NCBI GenBank assembly: GCA_001778905.1
Contig: MFIQ01000026.1
Coordinates: 1-42,503, forward strand
Source of the DNA: Candidatus Giovannonibacteria bacterium RIFCSPLOWO2_12_FULL_44_15
GTDB lineage: Bacteria; Patescibacteriota; Minisyncoccia; JACPKW01; UBA11713
DNA: 42,503 nucleotides
Reading direction: 5' to 3'
Shown here: one piece after another, positions 36,298-42,503 of the stretch
Layout: every line of letters begins with the position of its first letter
How positions within the stretch are numbered: position 1 is the stretch's first letter
Program-made: the position numbers and the translations under genes
Notes under the pieces: model-generated
What the model saw: only the letters and a program-made list of their open reading frames with translations
The model's database searches: none
Told to the model about the DNA's origin: nothing

Positions 36298-36936
36298 ATG
36301 AGAAAGACCCCCTTTGTTTCAGGAGAATATTACCACATATATAATCGAGGTGTGGATAAACGCACTATTTTTTCTCAAAAATACGATGTGGATAGATTTT
36401 TGAAATGCATGATTGAATTTAACAATGTTGAGCCAATTGGTAGCTTATATCAGCTTTCTTTCAAAAAGCGACAGAATAAACATTCGAGAAAAAAATTAGT
36501 GAATATAATCTGTTATTGTCTTAATCAAAATCACTTTCATATTATTCTTAAATGTTTAACAGATAATTCTATTAGTGAGTATATGAAACGTATAGGCGGG
36601 GGATATACAAATTATTTCAACGGTAAATATAAAAGAAATGGAGCTCTATTTCAGGGAAAATTTAAATCTATCAACGTTGACTCTAATCCGTATCTTCTTC
36701 ACCTTTCGGCTTATGTTAACTTAAACAACAAGGTTCACAGAAAACACAATAGTCTATGGCTTTCAAGTTTGGAACAATATACCTCTCCGTCAGAAAATTC
36801 TTTATGCAGCAAGAATATAATTTTAGATCAATTCAATAATGTGGATGAATATAAAATTTTTGCGGAAGAATCTTTAAAAGATATTTTAGCTAGAAAAGAT
36901 CGATTTAAAGAAATGGAAAAATTATTACTCGAATAA
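36298..36936 (+). CDS. REP-associated tyrosine transposase (RAYT, IS200-like Y1 HUH)
   Basis: YYHIYNRGVDKRTIF, CYCLNQNHFHII (HUH), YTNYFNGKYKRNGALFQGKFKS, YVNLN; visibly AT-richer than flanks. Confidence 0.92.
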   Translation: MRKTPFVSGEYYHIYNRGVDKRTIFSQKYDVDRFLKCMIEFNNVEPIGSLYQLSFKKRQNKHSRKKLVNIICYCLNQNHFHIILKCLTDNSISEYMKRIGGGYTNYFNGKYKRNGALFQGKFKSINVDSNPYLLHLSAYVNLNNKVHRKHNSLWLSSLEQYTSPSENSLCSKNIILDQFNNVDEYKIFAEESLKDILARKDRFKEMEKLLLE

Positions 36937-36942
36937 TTAACG

Positions 36943-36986
36943 ACTTAGGTGTAGGTGTCCGACACCTAATGTCCGACACCTAAGTG
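36943..36986. repeat. Nested/duplicated REP-like palindrome, right of transposase
   Basis: acttagg-tg-[taggtgtccgacacctaa]-tg-tccgacacctaagtg. Confidence 0.88.
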
Positions 36987-36987
36987 C

Positions 36988-38715
36988 TTACCTATCCGGT
37001 GGTACGTCGTAGTACGTTAATAAAAATTGCATTATCTGCTCATAGTACGGCCCCAGGGATGCGGAAGCATATCGCACTCCATGGGGTTTTTCTATATACA
37101 TAAAAAGTAAAAATTTAGCGTCGAAGCCCGGAGCGTACGCGAGGAAAGAATGGAGATACTGATCGGAATATCCCTTCCCGTCTTTATTCGCGATCTCGGC
37201 CGTTCCAGTTTTCGCGGCCGCGGTCCAATGCTTGAATTTTGCCGTCCCACCCAAAAGAGCTTCGTCTCCGACTTTAACCAACATACGTGAGACTGTATCC
37301 GCGGTCTCGGAAGTTATAACCCGCCTGACTTCTTCAGGCCCAAATACTACATCTTCCCTGCCCGGGCGCATAATCCGCTCGACAATATATGGCTTCATAA
37401 TTTTCCCGCCGTTCGCAAGCGCAGAAGCGGCTCTGGCAAATTCAAGAGGAGTCGCGGTAACCCCCTGTCCGTACGCCGCAGTCGCGTACTCGACATCGCG
37501 CGTTGAATTTAAGTTCTGCAAATTTCCTTTAACCTCGCCGGGCAATGTTATGCCTGTTTTCTCCGAAAGCCCGTAAGCTCCAAAATATTTTCGCATGTTT
37601 TCTTTTCCCAATTTGCTGGCGACAAATGCCGCTCCGGTATTCAGCGACTCGCTTAAAACGTTTTGCATTGTCGTTACTCCCCTCCCTTTTTCGTCAAAAT
37701 TTTTTATCGTATATCCGTCGAGCGTAAGATATCCTTTATCAAGATATGTAGTCTCGGGCGTAACGACTTTTTCATTTATGCCCGCGGCCATGGTCAGGGG
37801 CTTAAAAACCGATCCAAATTCATACGCACCCTCGACAACCGGATTGACGAAAACATCCAGCGACTCTGTTTTGCCGTAGGTATTGGGATCAAAATTAGGG
37901 AAGGCTGCCATTGCGAGAATCTTTCCGGTTTTAGGTTCAATCACAATCGCTCCTCCTCCTGTCGGTTTCCATTCTTCCTGGACGTCTTTAAGTTTCTTTT
38001 CAAGAAAAGCTTGAACGTTGGGTTCCAGCGTTAAAACAATATCATAACCCTCTTCCGGAGGCGAGAGAAATCTTTTCCCTAATTCGAGCAAAATCCCCCC
38101 GGCGGATTGAGCTCCCGAAACCCATCCCGTTTTTCCCCTAAGCTCTTCTTCAAAATATCTTTCAATGCCATATCTGCCCTCTAGCTCATCATCCTTGTAA
38201 CCCAGAAATCCGACGACGTGCGACGCTTCAGTTTTCGCCGGGTAAACTCTCCACTCCTCAGGAGATACCACGACATTCTCAAGTTTTAAATCAGTGATTT
38301 TATCCGCCTTATCACGATCCAGCCGGTGCAGGACGACCTCGTAGGGATCGTCTTTTTTTGAAGCTCTGGCGAGAAAATCTTCCTTATCCAGCGTGACAAT
38401 TGTGCTCAATTTTTCTAGAATAGAATTGGGATTTTCCAATTTTTTCGGATTAATAAAAAGGAGGTATCCTTCCTTTGTCGACGCCACGGGAATCAATTCC
38501 CCGGAGCGCTCACGCAAATAAATTTCCCCGCGCCTCGGCGTTAAAATTTGGGAGAAATTCTGCTGGCGCTGGGCTTGAGTCCTATAGTACGCTCCGGAAA
38601 CTACTTGCAGAAAAAAAAGGCGTCCTATCAAAAATATTCCGGCAATCAGCAGGATAAAAAAAGCTATCCGTATGCGTCCTGTAATCCTGCGCTCCGGAGA
38701 TTGATCCTTTATCAT
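36988..38715 (-). CDS. ftsI: Class B penicillin-binding protein (FtsI)
   Basis: TM, RRGEIY, RVYP, GRYGIE, SVFK, SLN, KTGTA; follows ftsL/rsmH. Confidence 0.93.
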   Translation of the reverse strand: MIKDQSPERRITGRIRIAFFILLIAGIFLIGRLFFLQVVSGAYYRTQAQRQQNFSQILTPRRGEIYLRERSGELIPVASTKEGYLLFINPKKLENPNSILEKLSTIVTLDKEDFLARASKKDDPYEVVLHRLDRDKADKITDLKLENVVVSPEEWRVYPAKTEASHVVGFLGYKDDELEGRYGIERYFEEELRGKTGWVSGAQSAGGILLELGKRFLSPPEEGYDIVLTLEPNVQAFLEKKLKDVQEEWKPTGGGAIVIEPKTGKILAMAAFPNFDPNTYGKTESLDVFVNPVVEGAYEFGSVFKPLTMAAGINEKVVTPETTYLDKGYLTLDGYTIKNFDEKGRGVTTMQNVLSESLNTGAAFVASKLGKENMRKYFGAYGLSEKTGITLPGEVKGNLQNLNSTRDVEYATAAYGQGVTATPLEFARAASALANGGKIMKPYIVERIMRPGREDVVFGPEEVRRVITSETADTVSRMLVKVGDEALLGGTAKFKHWTAAAKTGTAEIANKDGKGYSDQYLHSFLAYAPGFDAKFLLFMYIEKPHGVRYASASLGPYYEQIMQFLLTYYDVPPDR

Positions 38716-38725
38716 GAGATAATTT

Positions 38726-39043
38726 TTACCTCAAATTCCCGAGGCTCGATAACGCAAAATTGCTTTCCCTAGATACAAATTCCTGTTTCGGGATTTCCTT
38801 TTTTTCAAACGAAGCCGAATACTGGTCGTAAAAGCCTGAAAGGCCTGCAATAAAAACTTCCTCACGGTCTTGAATATCCTGGCGCGTTATCCTTATTCGG
38901 CGGTCCAACTCTCCTTTTCGAAAATTTTCGGAAATCGCCATATTAAGCATAGTTATGTAAATCAAAAGCAAAGAAACCGCCGCAACAGTTATCAAAGGCA
39001 GGAGTTTTTCTTCTTTCGGTAAATATATTTTAACGTATTTCAT
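38726..39043 (-). CDS. FtsL-like bitopic membrane protein
   Basis: Single TM plus helical region, located between rsmH and ftsI. Confidence 0.6.
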   Translation of the reverse strand: MKYVKIYLPKEEKLLPLITVAAVSLLLIYITMLNMAISENFRKGELDRRIRITRQDIQDREEVFIAGLSGFYDQYSASFEKKEIPKQEFVSRESNFALSSLGNLR

Positions 39044-39044
39044 T

Positions 39045-39917
39045 TTAAATTTTTTCGATGATTCGCAATTTTGCGGAGCGGGAACGCGGATTTTTTAAAA
39101 TTTCTTCCCGGCCGGGTATAATTGGTTTTTTATTGATAAGTTTTCCTTCCTCACTTTTCGCTTTTTCTTTAAAAAAGTTTTTAATTATCCTGTCCTCGAG
39201 AGAATGGTATGAGATCACGGCTATTCTCCCTTCAGGCTTTATTATCTTCCAAGCTCCCGTAAGTCCTATCTCAATATTCTCAAGTTCGTGATTCAGGTAA
39301 ATCCGGAGCGACTGGAAAGTTCTTGTCGCCGGATTGATCCTCCCTCTTCGAGGAACCACTCGAGAAATCACTTCCGCAAGCTCCTTGGCGCTTGCAATTC
39401 TTTTTTTTGCCCTGTATCGCTCGATTGCCCGCGCTATGCGCCCCGCGAATCGCTCTTCGCCGTATTTCCGTATTACCTCTTCCAAGTCCTTAACGTTGGC
39501 GGTTCTGATAAATTCTTCGGCGTTGGGCTTTTGGTTAAAGTCAAAAGTCATGCCCAACCCATCCTCTGACTTAAACGAGAATCCCCGGCCGGATGCTAAA
39601 AGTTGTAAAGAACTTAGCCCAAGGTCAAATAAAATCGCATCCGGCCTAAAGGGTCCCGCCACCTTCTCCATTTCTGAGAAGTTCGAATGAAAAAGTTTAA
39701 CTCTCCCCTCTCCGCTCAATTCGCTCCGAAGTTTTTCAATCATGCTCAAATCCCAATCGAGTCCGATGAGTTTCCCTTCTTGCCCCAGTTTTTTTAATAT
39801 TTCCATCGCGTGGCCTCCTCCGTCCACCGTCGCGTCAATAACTACCGATCCGCTTTTTAAATTGAGCCCGTCGACTACCTCCGAGAGCAAGACAGGAATA
39901 TGTTTTCCTGGGATCAT
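39045..39917 (-). CDS. rsmH: 16S rRNA m4C1402 methyltransferase
   Basis: HIPVLL, DATVDGGGHA, DLGLSSLQL, RGFSF, PATRTFQSLRI, NPRSRSAKLR. Confidence 0.97.
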   Translation of the reverse strand: MIPGKHIPVLLSEVVDGLNLKSGSVVIDATVDGGGHAMEILKKLGQEGKLIGLDWDLSMIEKLRSELSGEGRVKLFHSNFSEMEKVAGPFRPDAILFDLGLSSLQLLASGRGFSFKSEDGLGMTFDFNQKPNAEEFIRTANVKDLEEVIRKYGEERFAGRIARAIERYRAKKRIASAKELAEVISRVVPRRGRINPATRTFQSLRIYLNHELENIEIGLTGAWKIIKPEGRIAVISYHSLEDRIIKNFFKEKAKSEEGKLINKKPIIPGREEILKNPRSRSAKLRIIEKI

Positions 39918-39918
39918 T

Positions 39919-40353
39919 TTAATATGCTCCTATCTCCCCAAGTTTTTCGGCAAGCTTATCCGTCGAGCGCTCGATTTCCTTGCGATAGGTCTGCCATCGT
40001 TCCTTATTCCAAATCTCAATTCGTCTGAAAACTCCGATGATGCTGGCTTCTCCTTTTAAGATGGCGTATTCCGACAGAAAATCAGGTATTAAAATTCTTC
40101 CGAGATTATCCAGTTCTACGTCCGCAGCGCCCGCCAAAAACAATCTGACAAAGTCACGAGTGTCCTTTTGTCCGGTCGGTAGCTCCGAAAGCCTTTTCGC
40201 AACCTTTTCCCATTCAGTAAGCGGGTATACAAAGAGGCAAGAATCCAAACCACGCGTGATAATAGCCCGCTTTCCAAGATCCTTTCGGAACTTAGCCGGA
40301 ACAGCTAAGCGCCTTTTTGAGTCTAAATTATGCAAATATTCGCCGATAAACAT
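39919..40353 (-). CDS. mraZ: Transcriptional regulator MraZ
   Basis: MFIGEY.HNLDSKRRLAVPAKFR, DNLGRILIP, RIEIW. Confidence 0.97.
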   Translation of the reverse strand: MFIGEYLHNLDSKRRLAVPAKFRKDLGKRAIITRGLDSCLFVYPLTEWEKVAKRLSELPTGQKDTRDFVRLFLAGAADVELDNLGRILIPDFLSEYAILKGEASIIGVFRRIEIWNKERWQTYRKEIERSTDKLAEKLGEIGAY

Positions 40354-40408
40354 TGATTTGGGGCAAATAGCCTTTATTTTTAAAGGAGAAATTAGATATG
40401 CACACTAT

Positions 40409-40455
40409 CCACAGGTTTATCCACTTTCCCCCACTTCTCTTTCATTATACCCCAC
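40409..40455 (-). promoter_or_regulatory. mraZ promoter with GTGG repeats (probable MraZ boxes)
   Basis: Minus strand gtggggTATAATgaaagagaaGTGGgggaaaGTGGataaacctGTGG; roughly 10-nt-spaced GTGG repeats as known for MraZ operators. Confidence 0.6.
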
Positions 40456-40502
40456 TCATACTACCCTATCAAACATCTACAAACATTTCCATGTGGAAAA
40501 GT

Positions 40503-40535
40503 AATCCCGCACCTTTCAACAAAAGGTGCGGGATT
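40503..40535. terminator. Hairpin after lysS
   Basis: aatcccgcaccttt-caaca-aaaggtgcgggatt perfect 14-bp stem. Confidence 0.7.
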
Positions 40536-40564
40536 GGGTAAATAAAATCCTATAGAAATTTTAT

Positions 40565-42031
40565 CTACTCTTTTGGTTTCATCGTTGGAAACAATATCAC
40601 TTCTTTGATGTTGTGTGTATCGGTTAAAAGCATCGCCAAGCGGTCAATCCCAATTCCGAGGCCGGCCGCCGGAGGCATCCCGTATTCCAAAGATTCCACA
40701 TAATCTTCGTCCATCGGATGCGCTTCTTTGTCTTTCCCCGCTCTAAGCGCCTCCTGGAACTCAAATCGTTTTTTCTGCTCCAATGGATTATTTAGTTCAG
40801 AAAAGCCATTAACAACTTCGACGCCTCCGATTACCAATTGAAATCTATCCACCAATTCCGAGCTTTGTGGCAGTTCTTTTGCCAAGGGCGAAATCGCGAG
40901 AGGATGATCGGTCACAAAAATGGGCTGGATTAATTTCGGCCTGCAAATTTTCTTGAATATCTCGTCGGCTATCTTTTCTTTGGTGTCCTCGGGAGCCGGA
41001 CTTAAGCCAAATTGCTTCGCGCGGACCATGAACTCCTCGCGGTTCATATTTTCCGGCTTAATAATCAAGGCGTAGCGCTCGATTACCGACCAAAAGGGGA
41101 TCGAGGATATCTTGCCCGACAATTTAATTTCATGGCCTTCGAATTTGAATGAATTTTTCTTTGTTACTTTTTTGATTAAGACAGCCAAAACTTTGGCTAT
41201 AAATTCCTTAAGCGCTTCGGAGTCCCAATAAGCTGCGTAAAGTTCGAGCATGGTAAATTCTGGATTATGGGTTACATCTATGCCTTCATTTCGAAATACT
41301 CTGCCAATCTCAAAAATCTTGCCAAACCCTCCAACCAAAAGGCGCTTCAAGTAAAGTTCGGGAGCAATTCTTAGATACATATCAAAATCAAGCATGCGAT
41401 GATGCGTTTTAAACGGCTCGGCAAGCGCTCCCCCATAGACCGACTGAAGCATTGGGGTTTCTACCTCCTGAAAGCCATCCTTAGCGAGTATTACCCTAAT
41501 CTCCCCTATGATATTTGATCGCAAGAGAAATTTTCCGCGGACCTCCGGACTCATAAGCAGGTCTAAATATCTTTTTCGAAAACGCTCTTCAGCATCCTGG
41601 AGACCGTGCCATTTCTCAGGGAGCGGGCGCAAAGATTTTGCCAAAACCTGCCAGTGCACAGCCTCAATTGTCGGTTCTTTTCTTTTTGTATAGAATGCTC
41701 TGCCCAAAACCGCTACAAAATCCCCGACGTCTATATTCTCGGAAAATAATTTAAATGACTTCTCACCGATTTTATCTCGTCCGACAAACGCCTGAAGCTT
41801 CTCGGTTCCATCATATAAATCCAAGAATGCGGACCCGCCGTGTTCGCGTTTAGCCATGATGCGTCCCGCGATCCCGACTCCCTTTTTTCGAAGATTTTTC
41901 TTGAAATCTTTTTTAATCTTAGATATTTCAAAAATCGGAAAATCTACTTTCGCCGGAAACGGATTTATCCCCGCCTTCTTCAGTTTTTCTAGTTTGGCGA
42001 CGCGTACGCTCCGTAATTCTTCAAGTGACAT
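40565..42031 (-). CDS. lysS: Lysine--tRNA ligase (class II)
   Basis: LPEKWHGLQD, RKRYLDL, YLRIAPELYLKRL, FRNEG..HNPEFTMLE, YGMPPAAGLGIGIDRL. Confidence 0.98.
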   Translation of the reverse strand: MSLEELRSVRVAKLEKLKKAGINPFPAKVDFPIFEISKIKKDFKKNLRKKGVGIAGRIMAKREHGGSAFLDLYDGTEKLQAFVGRDKIGEKSFKLFSENIDVGDFVAVLGRAFYTKRKEPTIEAVHWQVLAKSLRPLPEKWHGLQDAEERFRKRYLDLLMSPEVRGKFLLRSNIIGEIRVILAKDGFQEVETPMLQSVYGGALAEPFKTHHRMLDFDMYLRIAPELYLKRLLVGGFGKIFEIGRVFRNEGIDVTHNPEFTMLELYAAYWDSEALKEFIAKVLAVLIKKVTKKNSFKFEGHEIKLSGKISSIPFWSVIERYALIIKPENMNREEFMVRAKQFGLSPAPEDTKEKIADEIFKKICRPKLIQPIFVTDHPLAISPLAKELPQSSELVDRFQLVIGGVEVVNGFSELNNPLEQKKRFEFQEALRAGKDKEAHPMDEDYVESLEYGMPPAAGLGIGIDRLAMLLTDTHNIKEVILFPTMKPKE

Positions 42032-42502
42032 TTATCGAATATCTAATATCTTATAAGCCATCTCCCCTTTTGGCGTATGGATTGTAACCACATCCCCTTT
42101 TTGTTTTCCGATGAGCGCTCTCCCCAAAGGAGACTCGTTTGAAATTCGATTTTGGGACGGGTCAGCCTCTTCTCTTCCGACAATAAAGTAAGAATCTTCG
42201 CTTCCGTTTCCTTCTTTCTTGGTGACAACAGTTGATCCGATGGTGACCGCCGAGGCCGAAACCGGTTGAGAAATCAAAACAGCCCGGCTTAAAATATCTT
42301 CCAAGTCGGCTATGCGCCCCTCGACAAGCTGCTGTTCTTCCTTGGCCTCTTGGTATTCTGCGTTCTCGGAAAGGTCCCCTAAACTCTTCGCATATTCAAG
42401 CCTTTCCGCTATCTCCTTGCGCCTTTTATCCTTAAGAACCAAGAGCTCCTCTTTGAGGCGCGAAAACCCGGAAGCGCTTAAATATTCGGCATTTTCATTG
42501 AT
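42032..42502 (-). CDS. greA: Transcription elongation factor GreA (5'-partial)
   Basis: Frame stays open to the window edge (INENAEYLSASGFSRLKEEL..); GDLSENAEY, ISNESPLGRALIG. Confidence 0.96.
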   Translation of the reverse strand: MNENAEYLSASGFSRLKEELLVLKDKRRKEIAERLEYAKSLGDLSENAEYQEAKEEQQLVEGRIADLEDILSRAVLISQPVSASAVTIGSTVVTKKEGNGSEDSYFIVGREEADPSQNRISNESPLGRALIGKQKGDVVTIHTPKGEMAYKILDIR

Positions 42503-42503
42503 A

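Larger units (their letters stand above)
36260..36987 (+). mobile_element. RAYT-REP element inside the dcw cluster
   Basis: Transposase bracketed by the same palindrome, lying between ftsI and murF on the opposite strand. Confidence 0.75.

Noticed and set aside
36943..36986. Mini CRISPR array
   Set aside because: Repeats are nested without spacers, and no cas genes are present
40406..40500. DnaA-box-like sequences suggesting oriC
   Set aside because: Imperfect, few, overlap the expected MraZ boxes; no dnaA/dnaN nearby. The perfect box near 36351 lies in RAYT codons (GVDK)

Overview
Bacterial chromosomal segment (standard code 11) whose gene content and style point to a Patescibacteria/CPR (Parcubacteria-like) genome; the taxonomy is an inference. 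Most genes are on the minus strand. Core genes: greA (5'-partial), lysS, mraZ-rsmH-ftsL-ftsI, murF, ddl, serS, ftsQ-like, dnaX, obgE, tRNA-Ala(UGC) and tRNA-Gln(UUG). Other content includes a surface-glycosylation set (GtrA, two GT-C transferases, a DUF2298/YYY protein), an RnfD/NqrB-FNR fusion next to a non-canonical cupredoxin, an animal-PAICS-like PurC-PurE fusion, and a decaying accessory block at about 13.3-15.7 kb (C39 peptidase, His-phosphatase, VOC, hicBA, MazG pseudogene, gene remnants). A REP-associated tyrosine transposase with palindromic flanks interrupts the dcw cluster. Features the ORF track misses: (i) a >1250-aa minus-strand ORF at 1-3764 with an N-terminal HTH, one TM helix, a coiled coil and fibre-like repeats, divergent from a stand-alone MerR-type HTH gene; (ii) two 21-nt GC-rich palindromes inserted in frame in serS and an ABC-F gene; (iii) a tRNA-like multi-hairpin element upstream of tRNA-Ala; (iv) a split between apparently leaderless genes and SD-led, self-contained singleton genes.
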